A stretch of DNA of 64,000 bases from Candidatus Latescibacterota bacterium (GCA_965116885.1 OZ220741.1:128001-192000), one strand, 5' to 3'. Shown: positions 29,241-39,368, numbered from the stretch's first letter. Program-made: numbers and translations. Notes: a model not told the origin generated them from the letters alone.

Positions 29241-31676
29241 CTACTTCACCTTTTCCGCCTCACGCGCATTGCGGGCATTATGCCCTTCGAGCACTTCCAA
29301 AATAGCGGGCAACACCAGCACGGCAGTCACGAAACAGGTCAACAGACCAATCAACGCCAACCGCCCAATTGAGTTGAGACCGGGATGCGTCGCCATCATC
29401 AAGCAAAAAAAGCCGATCATCGTCGTCAGCATAGAAATGAACATCGCCCCACCTGTGCTCCTGATCACCACAGGCATAGACCCGGGACCCTCCTCCCGAT
29501 ATCGGTGATAGAGATGCACCCCATTGTCAATCCCCATACCAATGATAGTAGGCAACGCGACCATATTGTAAAAATTGAGCTTCAAATCCTGCAAATACAG
29601 CGAACCACACATCCACACAGTACCACAGGCAAGGGGAAAAATCACCAGCAAAGCAGAGCGCAAACTGCGAAAATCAGTCAGCAAAATGAGAAACACGACA
29701 ATCACCGTCAGCGAGATCGCACGCGGGCTATCGCGCAACATCAGGAGCAACATATCGGCAAAAATGATATTGGAACTCGACGAATAAAACACCTTGCCCG
29801 ACTCGGTCTGAATCTCGTGTGAATCTTCGGCAAATGCAATGGCATTTTTTCCATCGCGCAACTGTACACTCGGCAAAATTTGTGCAAAATACGCCTGGCT
29901 TCCATCAATCGTCTCAAATTTTCTCAATAAATTTTCGGGCAAATCCTCAACCGAAAGTCTTTTGACATCCAACAAATCGCGCAGAGAATCGAGCTTTGCC
30001 TTTTGTGTGCCCCTGATCAACTTCGCGCCCTCGCCATCGGCCAGCGCGCGAATTTCTCCAATAATATCCAGCTTCTCGTCCTGACCGCGCAACTCTGTCC
30101 AGAGCGTTTTGACCTTGTCAATCGTCGGCGTCGGATCATCTTCGGCTATCTTCTTTTCCAATGCATCTACAATCTCATCGAGTTCTGCTTTGCTATCCGC
30201 CAGCACAATGCCATAAGACTGCGATTCGCTGCCGTATTTCGGAATCGTCGTCATCTTTTGTTTCACCTTCACCGATGCGGGCAAGTTAGAACGCAAATTG
30301 GTAAAATCGTATTCAAAATCTATATCGCGCAAATGAATACCCAGATACACCGTGAGGATCAGCGCGCAGGCAATCACCAACTTTGGATATGGAAAATGAC
30401 CCCGGCGGCTACCGCCCCAATTGTGTCCCCACACGTGCCGCATGCGAATCCACATGAACCTTTGATCTGCCAGCACCAGCACAGCGGGCAATACAGTCGT
30501 CATAGAGACCAGCGACATGACAATGCCCGTACCTACAATAAAACCAAATTCAGAAAAACCCCTGAAATCTGTCAGCGTCAGAGAAAAGAACGCAATAGAC
30601 GTGGTTATCGCCGCCGTCAAAATAGCCTGTCCAGTCTGACTCAGCATCGTCTCTATCGACATTCGCACATCCGTCTTATCCATGCGAACTTCGAGATAGC
30701 GCGCAAACATGTGAATGCCAAAATCGATCCCCAGACCAAACAAAATCACAAACAAAAAAGCCGTCATGGTATTCAAATTGCCGATAACCCAGTACGTAAT
30801 CGCAAATGCCCAGATCAAGCCCATCGCCAGCGGAATAGCCACAAAAAAAGCCGCCAACGGCTGGCGGAAATAAAACGTCAAAAGCGCGACAATACCCATG
30901 ACACCAAATATCAACGTCGATCGAACATCGCTTAAAATGGTATCGTATTCGTCAATCTTGTTCTTAAACGGCCCTCCGTATTCAATCGACATCCGAGGGT
31001 GATACGCGCGCGGATTCACCTTCTTGACCGCCTGCTGAATCACCCACTGCATATCTTTGGCAAAACCGATATTGCTCACCGTACCCGCTGCCATCGCCTC
31101 CAATGCCAGGATGGTACGGTCGGGATTGGTATAATACGTCTCATCTCCATTATCCGCCGTGCGATACTTAGCCTCAATATCCGAAAAATCGAGCACGGCT
31201 TCTTCTTCATCGAGAGAAATATACAACGGCGACAGCTTCAACTTTTCCTGGATGATATAATCATCTATGCGCGTGAGAATCTCATCCAAATCATCCGTTT
31301 CCATAAACAACAGCGCGTTTTTGCGATAAAATTCTGCATCTCGCTTGTAATCGACAAAATTGATATAGGTCTCGTATTTCTCGTCCTGTAATTCACGTGC
31401 CAGATCCTCGACAAAACGCCTGTTTGCCTCAAAATCGGGACTTTGCACCAAAACCACCAGACTGCCCACACCGCCCACGCGCTGTTTGATCTCATTGAGC
31501 GTCTTCACACTCTGATAATTTTCCGGGATCAGGGCAACGAGATCCGTCTCGAGCTTCCGTCCAAGCCTGTACACAAAAATACTGCAAAAAGCCGTCAACA
31601 AAATCGACACCACAAGAATACCTTTGTAGTGCCGATAAGTCCACCCCGCCAAAAAACGAAGCACCGCTTCAACCAA
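29241..31676 (-). CDS. MMPL/RND family lipid transporter (HpnN-like)
   Basis: Two TM bundles with GLGIDFGIH and GMGIDNGVH motifs; large periplasmic loops. Confidence 0.9.
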   Translation of the reverse strand: MVEAVLRFLAGWTYRHYKGILVVSILLTAFCSIFVYRLGRKLETDLVALIPENYQSVKTLNEIKQRVGGVGSLVVLVQSPDFEANRRFVEDLARELQDEKYETYINFVDYKRDAEFYRKNALLFMETDDLDEILTRIDDYIIQEKLKLSPLYISLDEEEAVLDFSDIEAKYRTADNGDETYYTNPDRTILALEAMAAGTVSNIGFAKDMQWVIQQAVKKVNPRAYHPRMSIEYGGPFKNKIDEYDTILSDVRSTLIFGVMGIVALLTFYFRQPLAAFFVAIPLAMGLIWAFAITYWVIGNLNTMTAFLFVILFGLGIDFGIHMFARYLEVRMDKTDVRMSIETMLSQTGQAILTAAITTSIAFFSLTLTDFRGFSEFGFIVGTGIVMSLVSMTTVLPAVLVLADQRFMWIRMRHVWGHNWGGSRRGHFPYPKLVIACALILTVYLGIHLRDIDFEYDFTNLRSNLPASVKVKQKMTTIPKYGSESQSYGIVLADSKAELDEIVDALEKKIAEDDPTPTIDKVKTLWTELRGQDEKLDIIGEIRALADGEGAKLIRGTQKAKLDSLRDLLDVKRLSVEDLPENLLRKFETIDGSQAYFAQILPSVQLRDGKNAIAFAEDSHEIQTESGKVFYSSSSNIIFADMLLLMLRDSPRAISLTVIVVFLILLTDFRSLRSALLVIFPLACGTVWMCGSLYLQDLKLNFYNMVALPTIIGMGIDNGVHLYHRYREEGPGSMPVVIRSTGGAMFISMLTTMIGFFCLMMATHPGLNSIGRLALIGLLTCFVTAVLVLPAILEVLEGHNARNAREAEKVK

Positions 31677-31690
31677 TGAGTGCCACCTTT

Positions 31691-32287
31691 CTAATCCGAC
31701 GTATCTTCACTCAGTTTTTCTTTTAATTTATCCATCAAGCCTTCAAAAGAAGACCTGCGAATCTCCCGGCGAAACTGCGACCGGTTGCTGCGCGCAATAC
31801 TCAACTCATCGATGACCATATCGTAAATCAACCACTTGCCATCAACGAGATGCAATTTATAGTCAATCGTACTCGACTCGCGCCTGTAATACACCACCGT
31901 CTTGACAAGGGCCTGTGCGCTATCAGCCTCAACGCCCGTATAATCGATCTTTTCCGCTTTCGTATATAACGCGGGATCGGCGTAATTTTTCTCGATCAAC
32001 TGCCTGTTCACAGCCACAAAATCGGCACGCTCTTCTTCTGTTCTCGCTGTCCAATCTCGACCGAGAGACTCCCGGCTAAATGTTTCAAAATCGAACAACT
32101 CACCCACGATAGATTTAAGCGCGGCGCGCTCTTTGGGCGTATCACCCCCGGTTTCTGAACGCACAATATCCTGAATCGCCCGGTCGCGGCTCTTCACCAT
32201 ATCGAGCAGTGCATCACCCTGATCAGATGCGCTCGCCACACCCATTAAAACGAGCATCAGGAACGCAGGTCTGAACAATAAAATCAT
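31691..32287 (-). CDS. MlaC/Ttg2D/HpnM-type periplasmic lipid-binding protein
   Basis: Signal peptide; FDFETFSRESLGRDW, IDYKL, WLIYDMVIDELSI..NRSQF. Confidence 0.88.
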   Translation of the reverse strand: MILLFRPAFLMLVLMGVASASDQGDALLDMVKSRDRAIQDIVRSETGGDTPKERAALKSIVGELFDFETFSRESLGRDWTARTEEERADFVAVNRQLIEKNYADPALYTKAEKIDYTGVEADSAQALVKTVVYYRRESSTIDYKLHLVDGKWLIYDMVIDELSIARSNRSQFRREIRRSSFEGLMDKLKEKLSEDTSD

Positions 32288-32339
32288 AACATATCGCCTA
32301 TGAATATCAACAACTTGTTTACAGACGGTATCTCCGTCA

Positions 32340-32368
32340 ATTTTAGTATTTTTCTTCCACAAAGTCAA
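32340..32368 (-). promoter_or_regulatory. Putative internal sigma70 promoter for the mlaC-like/MMPL genes
   Basis: TTGACT-17-TAAAAT in the ~250 bp intergenic gap. Confidence 0.6.
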
Positions 32369-32542
32369 GATAGCGATAGCCTGCCTTTGAGAAAGAGAAC
32401 TTGAACATTAACAAAAAGAAAGAACGCCTATTTTGCAACAAAATTCTAATGATTTTTAGAAAAAATACCGCGTACAAACAAACTTCTGTTGAAGCTATAC
32501 ACCCCCCAACAGAAGTTTATCTCAACTCAGACAGAATTTGCA

Positions 32543-33988
32543 TCAATCCGCTTTCTCCCCCACATCCACATTCAAAGCACCGCGCGCGCGAAGCATCTGC
32601 CCGCCAAAGCCAAAAATACCCGCCGTCAAAAACGCAGAACCAATCACGAGGAACCAGTACATACCCTCAATACTATTCGCGACAGCCAGTGTGCAAAAGA
32701 ACGCGGCAAAAAAATCGCGGCGACTCACAAATTTGAGCGACATACAAAAACGGTGAAACCACCCGCGTTCACTCTCGGGAACATCGCTCGAAAACGCCAT
32801 ATTAAAACTCACAATACTGCCGGATCCCACCACTTTCATATACAGAAAAATCAGCAATACCCCCAACAAATCCATAAAAACCATCACACCGCCCAGCAGG
32901 GGATAAAATGCCTCGCCCGTATATGCGTACATCCCGGCGAGCACCGCAGTAAAAAACACGAGATAGGACATATTATCCGCCAGCGTATCGACCCACTCGC
33001 CCATGCGAGAACCCATAAATTTTAATTTCGCAATCTCACCATCGCACCCATCTACAATAGACGCAAACTGAAACAACAGCCCGCCCAGTGCCAGATGCAA
33101 ATAACTCGCACTCCCCTTAAAAACCAGCCATGCCGACAAAAAACTCAACAACATCGTCGCAATCGACAACTGATTTGGCGTGATGGGCGTATGCACGAGC
33201 AGGCGAGAAATGCGCGTGGAAATTTTGCGATTGAAATAGCGCGACACAAAACCATCGGTCGGTTTACCGAGCCTGCGAAACAGCTCCTGCTCCGCGTGAA
33301 CATGTGCCTCGGGCGTATCCACATCGAGCCAAAACGCGCCATCGATATCCGCAGTCCGCATACTGCCTCTCTCAGCCAAAACGCGAATCCCCCCCGACAA
33401 TGACCCCTCGCCCTCTGCAATAGACCGTTCCAGCGCGCCAAACAAAAATGGACTGCACAGAAAAATCCCCGTATCCACCGCATTGAAATCGGCCAATTCT
33501 TTTCCAATTTTGCTCACGCGATGGTTCCGTGTCATCACCTTCGTAGCATCTTCCATATCAAAAATGCCATCGATATCTGTATCGACGCACAGCACGGCTT
33601 CATCCTGCCCAACCGGCATACGGCGCAACTTGACCAATATCTCGGGATCAAACAGATGATCGGACATCAAAAGAATAAACGGCTCATCGACATATTCCCT
33701 GGCACTCAATACCGACACCCCATTGCCGCGCGCCCATTCCTTATTTTCAACCCAGTCAATCGCCACATCCGAAAGCTGTGGATCATCGGCAAGCGCGTGC
33801 ATAATCTCCTGGCACCGATATCCAACCACAACCACAAACTCTGAAATGCCCGCACGCATAGCCGACAAAATCGTGCGCTTGAGCAATGGCACGCCGGCCA
33901 GGGGCACGAGAGGCTTGGGCAAATCCGCCCCATAACCTCTCAACCGACTGCCCATACCGGCGGCAATAATTACAGCTTTATTCACCAT
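32543..33988 (-). CDS. Bifunctional NTP transferase / CDP-alcohol phosphotransferase (IPCT/DIPPS-like)
   Basis: AVIIAAGMGSRL..PKPL, GNGVS, LLMSDH, WLDVDT; DGFVSRYFNRKIS, TPNQ, DGCDGEIAK..G..VDTLAD. Confidence 0.9.
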   Translation of the reverse strand: MVNKAVIIAAGMGSRLRGYGADLPKPLVPLAGVPLLKRTILSAMRAGISEFVVVVGYRCQEIMHALADDPQLSDVAIDWVENKEWARGNGVSVLSAREYVDEPFILLMSDHLFDPEILVKLRRMPVGQDEAVLCVDTDIDGIFDMEDATKVMTRNHRVSKIGKELADFNAVDTGIFLCSPFLFGALERSIAEGEGSLSGGIRVLAERGSMRTADIDGAFWLDVDTPEAHVHAEQELFRRLGKPTDGFVSRYFNRKISTRISRLLVHTPITPNQLSIATMLLSFLSAWLVFKGSASYLHLALGGLLFQFASIVDGCDGEIAKLKFMGSRMGEWVDTLADNMSYLVFFTAVLAGMYAYTGEAFYPLLGGVMVFMDLLGVLLIFLYMKVVGSGSIVSFNMAFSSDVPESERGWFHRFCMSLKFVSRRDFFAAFFCTLAVANSIEGMYWFLVIGSAFLTAGIFGFGGQMLRARGALNVDVGEKAD

Positions 33989-34022
33989 AACTTCTACAAC
34001 CTTTCGCAATATCCCGAGCGAT

Positions 34023-35378
34023 TTACAAAAGACTGCGTCCAACAGCCCGTTGTAATCGCGCCCAGGATCGGTTAAAATCGAACACTGCTTCGTAATACTT
34101 GGCGCGAATAATGCCGTACTCTTTTGCGGCATCTATCATATCTGACGCTTCTTCAAGCCCGGCATTAAATCCATCGCGAACCGATATAAACCACCGGCGG
34201 GTCGCCCGCCGCGCCGTGCTGGCAGCCGCCATATTTTTTTGTGCCTCGATCAACTCGCGGTAAATCTTCTCAATTTCAATTGCCACGCCCTTCTCGGCCA
34301 GTTGCTTCTGATACAACAACTTCTGATATTCCAAACTCGCTTTCCGCGCCTTTGCCGACGTAAGCCCAAACGACAGCGACTGCCGAACACCTATCACCGC
34401 CCCTGCCTGCAAAATATTGAAATCATCTCTGGCAAAAGGACTTAGTTGATCGTCGCGGTTCGGTGCGTAGCCATACTTAAATTGACCCGCAATAAATACC
34501 TGGGGATACTGCTCGCCTTTTGCCACCTGCATTAGAGATTCACGCACCTGCACGACAGCCTGTAACTGCTGTATATCCTCGCGCGCTCCCGCGCGTTTGA
34601 GATAAAACGCAAGCGGCTCAATCTCCACATCAACAGGCGTTAAAGGCCCAGCAAGAGTCAGCGAATCCCCCTCGCTCAATCCCAGAAGCAGGCGCAGGGC
34701 AGACTCGGCAAGCGCTTTTGTTTTCGCCGCTTCGTGTACTTTTTCGCGCACATCAAAGGCAAACCGATCAATGCGGTTCAGATCCGCATACGTAAAATCG
34801 CCCTCTTCTGCCTCCAGCTTCTCCGCCACAAAATCGCGCGCCGTTTGAAAATCACTTTGTGCCTCCAGCGCCAGTGCCCACAAATCCTGCGTCAGTTGCA
34901 ATCCAAAATACACCTCGGCAACCTGAAGCTCCAGATCGCCCCGCGCTTTTCGCAGCCCCGCCTGTTGAGCCGTCACCCCTGCCATAGCCGCTGCTTTGGC
35001 CCCAGACAAATAACCGAATGTGAACAGAGGTTGCACAACTGTCGCTTCTGTACGCGTAAAAATACTCAAATGACTCAGCATGGTCTCGCCAGTGAGCGCG
35101 TCACCGCGCGCCTCGGGCGAAGGACCAATAACAGATCGCAGTTCAAACTGCGGCAAAAAGCGGATGGCATTGGCCTGATCTAATTGCGCCCGCGCAATAT
35201 CGACATCAACCGCTGCCGCACGCACGCCGGGATGCACGCGCATCGCCTGTGCAATACTCGCGGACAAATCATAAGTTTCGGCGCGGAGAGAATGCGCACA
35301 AATAAAAATCCCCAAATAAGACACACACAGCTTTAACATGTGTGAAAAAAAACCACACCTGTTGCAATTTAACAACAT
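34023..35378 (-). CDS. TolC family outer-membrane protein
   Basis: Signal peptide, LPQFEL, VVQPLFTFG, VAEVYFGL, YPQVFIAG, coiled-coil repeats; start after AGGAGA. Confidence 0.85.
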   Translation of the reverse strand: MLLNCNRCGFFSHMLKLCVSYLGIFICAHSLRAETYDLSASIAQAMRVHPGVRAAAVDVDIARAQLDQANAIRFLPQFELRSVIGPSPEARGDALTGETMLSHLSIFTRTEATVVQPLFTFGYLSGAKAAAMAGVTAQQAGLRKARGDLELQVAEVYFGLQLTQDLWALALEAQSDFQTARDFVAEKLEAEEGDFTYADLNRIDRFAFDVREKVHEAAKTKALAESALRLLLGLSEGDSLTLAGPLTPVDVEIEPLAFYLKRAGAREDIQQLQAVVQVRESLMQVAKGEQYPQVFIAGQFKYGYAPNRDDQLSPFARDDFNILQAGAVIGVRQSLSFGLTSAKARKASLEYQKLLYQKQLAEKGVAIEIEKIYRELIEAQKNMAAASTARRATRRWFISVRDGFNAGLEEASDMIDAAKEYGIIRAKYYEAVFDFNRSWARLQRAVGRSLL

Positions 35379-35489
35379 ATTTCTCCTGGACTCCGGCAAA
35401 AAACTCGAAAATATAAAATCTATATCTATATTAAACAAATGTTTAATAGAAGACCATGCAAACAGGCACAAAATATCTCTCCCTATATA

Positions 35490-35505
35490 AGCGAAATCCG
35501 TGCCA
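35490..35505 (-). promoter_or_regulatory. Sigma54 (-24/-12) promoter upstream of the TolC cluster
   Basis: TGGCACGGATTTCGCT = TGGCACG-N4-T(C)GCT with exact GG-N10-GC spacing, in AT-rich DNA. Confidence 0.7.
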
Positions 35506-35573
35506 TCGTTAAATATACAAAAAAGGGACTTATATACAAAATGGACAAGTTTTAGAGAAATGAAGTGGATTTT

Positions 35574-35590
35574 TGGAATAATACTTGCAT
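35574..35590 (+). promoter_or_regulatory. Possible divergent sigma54 promoter
   Basis: TGGAATAATACTTGCAT, GG-N10-GC with a perfect TTGCA. Confidence 0.45.
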
Positions 35591-35656
35591 AAATTATTGA
35601 AATTATTTGTATTTACGGCATAATTCGAGCTTTAAATTGTATTTTGGAGTAAAGCA

Positions 35657-36085
35657 ATGAGTGTAGTGAGAGTACAGCGAGGGTATAAGTATCGTTTGTA
35701 TCCGAATAAGTATCAGGAGCAACTGTTAATACGCACGTTTGGATGTTGTCGGTATGTGTATAATTACGGTTTGGAGCGGAAGGAAAAGTCATATAAAGAG
35801 GTGGGGCGTAGTGTGAGTCATGGAGAATTGATGAAAGAATTGACAGCAATAAAAAAAGAGCCGGATAAGGGATGGTTGAATGAGGTCTCTGCGGGAGCGT
35901 TACAAGAATCGTTACGTATTTTGAAGAATAGTTACGAGCGATTTTTCAAGAAACAAAGTGGGAAGCCTCATTTTAAGAGTAAGAGTAAAAAGCAGAGTAT
36001 TCGTTATGATCGGACGCGATGTAAGGTGACGGAACGCGGTATAAAGTTACAAAAGATAGATAAGGTATATAATCCCCACACGTAA
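35657..36085 (+). mobile_element. tnpB: Truncated IS200/IS605-family TnpB (N-terminal 142 aa only)
   Basis: YKYRLYPN..Q..L..TFGCCRYVYN, WLNEVS..ALQ..L..L..SYERFFK, PHFKSK; ends before the RuvC and zinc-finger regions. Confidence 0.88.
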
Positions 36086-36135
36086 GTTGTCCCGGCGAAA
36101 GAAGGGATCAAAAAAAAACCCGGACAAAAGTTTGG

Positions 36136-37002
36136 TCAGGGCCCTCTCTCTTCCACGATTTGCAGTTCGGCAGTATCCACTTCGCTGGCTCCGAAATATC
36201 CCAATGCATATCGCTGGGGATTGGTCAGATTCTCTATGTTGCCCCTAATTAACGCCGCAGGCGTAGGGAAGAGGGGATCTTGCCCTGTCTGCTCGAAGAG
36301 CAGGAAGTAATATTCAAAGGCCTCTTTCGATAAGGAGAGCTGTCTCACGAGGACCAACTGATCCGATTTTACCGTGGCTTCTTGGTTGGGTTCGAAACCG
36401 ATGACTTTCTCTCCGTCAAAAAACTCATCCGATCCGACAAAGTTGAGCGAATTACCAGGATCGGGCTCTGCCTGCAGTACGCCGTCCGCGAATTGCTCCC
36501 ACAAATAGTAATCTTCGCGACCCGGGACGTCTTGATAGTCGATCTTTACTCGAATGCCTCCGTCCTCGAACGAATTGGCCTTCTCAAATTGCTGGTAGAT
36601 CGAGTCGATGGGCGAGACGGGAAGTAGTATTTCGACTGCTCGATAGGATTCGCCGTTAAGGTCAATTTCAAGGGTGTAGGTCCTGCCAACTTCTGGCCGC
36701 ATGTCCCTGTTTTCGTACATGCCGGCTTGGCGCGAGGACTCAGCGAAGAGGTAGGTGGTGCCCTCATCGTCGCGTACGATCACCTCTGCTCCGCTGACCA
36801 CAGGTGTGGATTCATTGCTGAAATAGGGGGCTGTGGTAGACAATCTGATTGACTGCGCGACTTCGCGATCATCTTGGTAGCGCTCGATGCGACCTTCAAC
36901 GACGAGTCGTTCCGGTCCTTCTTCTACATCGATATTGACGACTCTCTCACATCCCATGAGCACGAGGGCTGACAGCCAGACAGCGATTAGTATGTTTTTC
37001 AT
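36136..37002 (-). CDS. DUF4249-type lipoprotein partner of a TonB-dependent receptor
   Basis: Lipobox LMG-C, ERLVVEG, VSGAEV, SLSKEAFEYY, GNIEN..ALGYFGA. Confidence 0.85.
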   Translation of the reverse strand: MKNILIAVWLSALVLMGCERVVNIDVEEGPERLVVEGRIERYQDDREVAQSIRLSTTAPYFSNESTPVVSGAEVIVRDDEGTTYLFAESSRQAGMYENRDMRPEVGRTYTLEIDLNGESYRAVEILLPVSPIDSIYQQFEKANSFEDGGIRVKIDYQDVPGREDYYLWEQFADGVLQAEPDPGNSLNFVGSDEFFDGEKVIGFEPNQEATVKSDQLVLVRQLSLSKEAFEYYFLLFEQTGQDPLFPTPAALIRGNIENLTNPQRYALGYFGASEVDTAELQIVEERGP

Positions 37003-37004
37003 AT

Positions 37005-39368
37005 TTAGAATTTCCGGTTGTAGGTTATGCTGGGCAGGATTCCGAAAAGGGATATTTGTACGGCTTCGGTGACAAGCTTGTCCTTCTCGTTTTGCCGCAC
37101 GCTGAGTGAGGCGGAGTTGCGTCGGTTGTACACGTTGTAGATGGTAAAGGCCCAACTGTTTTCATTGGCTGTCGTGTAGGTCAGTCCCAGATCCAGGCGG
37201 TGATAGGCTGGCAGGCGAGCCCCATGGCGGGTCTCGTACTGAGGAACAATAAAATTGGCGAATTCGTAGCGGCTGGCCGGGAGGGTGGAGGGCGTACCTG
37301 TGGCAAGGACGAGATTCGTCGATAGCGACCAGCGGGGTTTGAGCGCGTATACCGTTGTCAGGGTCAGGTCGTGTGTCTTGTCGTTGCTGGCTGGATAGTA
37401 CCTCCCGTTGTTGATGCCCGGATCGCCGTTACCTAGTCCAGGGACTTGTCGCTCGGTGCGCGACCACGTGTACCCCAACCAACCGGTTAATTGTCCGGTG
37501 CGCTTGCGCACCATCAGCTCTACGCCATAGGAACGGCCCTCGCCCTTTAGTAGCTCGGTTTCCAGGTTGTTGTTGACGGTCAGGTCGGCTCCGTCAACGT
37601 AGTCGATCTGGTTGTTCATCTTCTTATAGTAAGCTTCGATCGAGGCTTCGTACGTGTTGTCCTGGAGATTTCGGAAGTAGCCAGCGGCGATCTGGTCCGC
37701 TGTTTGCGGTTCAACAAAAGGTCCGCTGGGCCTCCAGATGTCCAATGGCTGGGACGCGGTAGTATTGGAGATGAGGTGGATATACTGCCGGATGCGATTG
37801 TAGCTCACCTTGATCGAGCTGGACTCTGTCAAGGACCATCGTGCCGACGCTCGGGGCTCCAGACCAGCAAAGCTCTGTATGTTTTCCCTCTCCCCAAACG
37901 AGATGACGCTATCGACCACGCCCGCTTCGTACCGGCCCAGGGTCTCGTTGTAGACGATGGGTTGATTATCACGATAGACGGGAAGGTCCTGGGCACCCTG
38001 ACGTCTGAACGCCGAGAGACGCAACCCATATTGGAGAGAGATAAAGTCGGTGAGTTGATGGTCCAGGCTGAGGTACGCGCCTGGCTCTATGGCGTTCTGT
38101 TGATCCAGTTCCGTTGGCACAACAGAGGACGCTTTCCCAATGGGTTTGATGGTGCCGGGGGTAAAGCTGTAATGGATGGTACTCGCGCCGAAGTTGACCG
38201 CATTTCCTTCGCTCAGTGAGTAGGAGAAATCCGCTTTGAGCTTGTAGTTGGTTATGTGTGATAACCAATTGTGTTCTGCGCCTGCCGTGAATGTATCGCT
38301 ATCGTAGCTGTACCTGCTGAACACTCCCGTGAAATTCGCGAAGAGTCGCCGGCTGAAGAGGTTCCATCGGATGGTGGCTGTGGTATTCCCCCACGCGTTG
38401 CCGAAGATGTCCGCTACTTTGAACGCGTCTCTGCCACGATAGCCCGAGACAAAGAGCCGGTTGTTGTCGTTGATATTGTAGTTGCCTTTGAAGTTGACGT
38501 CGTAGAAGTGGGCGGTACTCTTGTCACTGCTAAACGCGTTGTAGAAGATGTCGCCGTATGAACGGCGAGCGGCGATCACGTAGGATCCGCGACCGTTGGC
38601 GACCGGTCCTTCAAGGAGCAGCCGCCCCGAGAGGATGCCTATTCCCACTTTGCCGCGGAACTCTTTGGCATTGCCCTCCTTTTGTCGCACATCCAGCACT
38701 GAAGACAAGCGTCCGCCATATTGCGCTGGGATACCGCCTTTGTAGATCTTGATATCTTTGGTGATGTCAGCATTGAAAACTGAGAAGAAGCCGAAGAGAT
38801 GAGCGGCGTTATAGACGATGGCTTCGTCGAGTAGGACGAGATTCTGATCTGCTGCGCCACCGCGCACGTTGAAGCCCGCAGCTCCTTCGCGTACGGTCGT
38901 CACTCCCGGCAATAGTTGTATTGTTTGTACCACGTCTGCTTCACCCAATACAGCCGGCGTGCGCTGTACTGTCTGTATGTCCAACTCGGCTGCGCTCATT
39001 TCGATCGATTCGACATTCTTATCGGCTTGGTGTGCGCTCACAGCGATCTGCCCCAGTTCGATGACGGCTACCCTCAGTTCGATGTTGAGCACTTGATCCT
39101 GATGCGGGTCTGTCGTGCGCACGATTGATTCGTAGCCGATGAGGCTAAAGCTGATTTCATGAGCTCCTGCTGGCAGTCGTAGCGAGTAATGCCCGTAGGC
39201 ATTCGTGATTGTACCCACCTGAAGGGTCGTTACAACGACATTGACGCCCGGTAGAGCTTCGCCGTCGGCCGCATCTTTGATTTGGCCGCTAACGGTGAGT
39301 GTCTCCTGAGCTGGGCTGTTTGTGATTGTCGTGAGCAGCAGACAAGCTGTTAGGAAGGACTTGTGCAT
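37005..39368 (-). CDS. TonB-dependent receptor with N-terminal carboxypeptidase-regulatory-like domain
   Basis: GEALPGVNV, LGEADV..IQLLPGV, FNVRGGAADQNL, GGIPAQYGGRLSSV, YHRLDL, C-terminal Phe. Confidence 0.93.
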   Translation of the reverse strand: MHKSFLTACLLLTTITNSPAQETLTVSGQIKDAADGEALPGVNVVVTTLQVGTITNAYGHYSLRLPAGAHEISFSLIGYESIVRTTDPHQDQVLNIELRVAVIELGQIAVSAHQADKNVESIEMSAAELDIQTVQRTPAVLGEADVVQTIQLLPGVTTVREGAAGFNVRGGAADQNLVLLDEAIVYNAAHLFGFFSVFNADITKDIKIYKGGIPAQYGGRLSSVLDVRQKEGNAKEFRGKVGIGILSGRLLLEGPVANGRGSYVIAARRSYGDIFYNAFSSDKSTAHFYDVNFKGNYNINDNNRLFVSGYRGRDAFKVADIFGNAWGNTTATIRWNLFSRRLFANFTGVFSRYSYDSDTFTAGAEHNWLSHITNYKLKADFSYSLSEGNAVNFGASTIHYSFTPGTIKPIGKASSVVPTELDQQNAIEPGAYLSLDHQLTDFISLQYGLRLSAFRRQGAQDLPVYRDNQPIVYNETLGRYEAGVVDSVISFGERENIQSFAGLEPRASARWSLTESSSIKVSYNRIRQYIHLISNTTASQPLDIWRPSGPFVEPQTADQIAAGYFRNLQDNTYEASIEAYYKKMNNQIDYVDGADLTVNNNLETELLKGEGRSYGVELMVRKRTGQLTGWLGYTWSRTERQVPGLGNGDPGINNGRYYPASNDKTHDLTLTTVYALKPRWSLSTNLVLATGTPSTLPASRYEFANFIVPQYETRHGARLPAYHRLDLGLTYTTANENSWAFTIYNVYNRRNSASLSVRQNEKDKLVTEAVQISLFGILPSITYNRKF

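Noticed and set aside
35657..36085. Active IS605 element or Cas12f/TnpB nuclease system
   Set aside because: No RuvC motifs, tnpA, recognisable ends or CRISPR array
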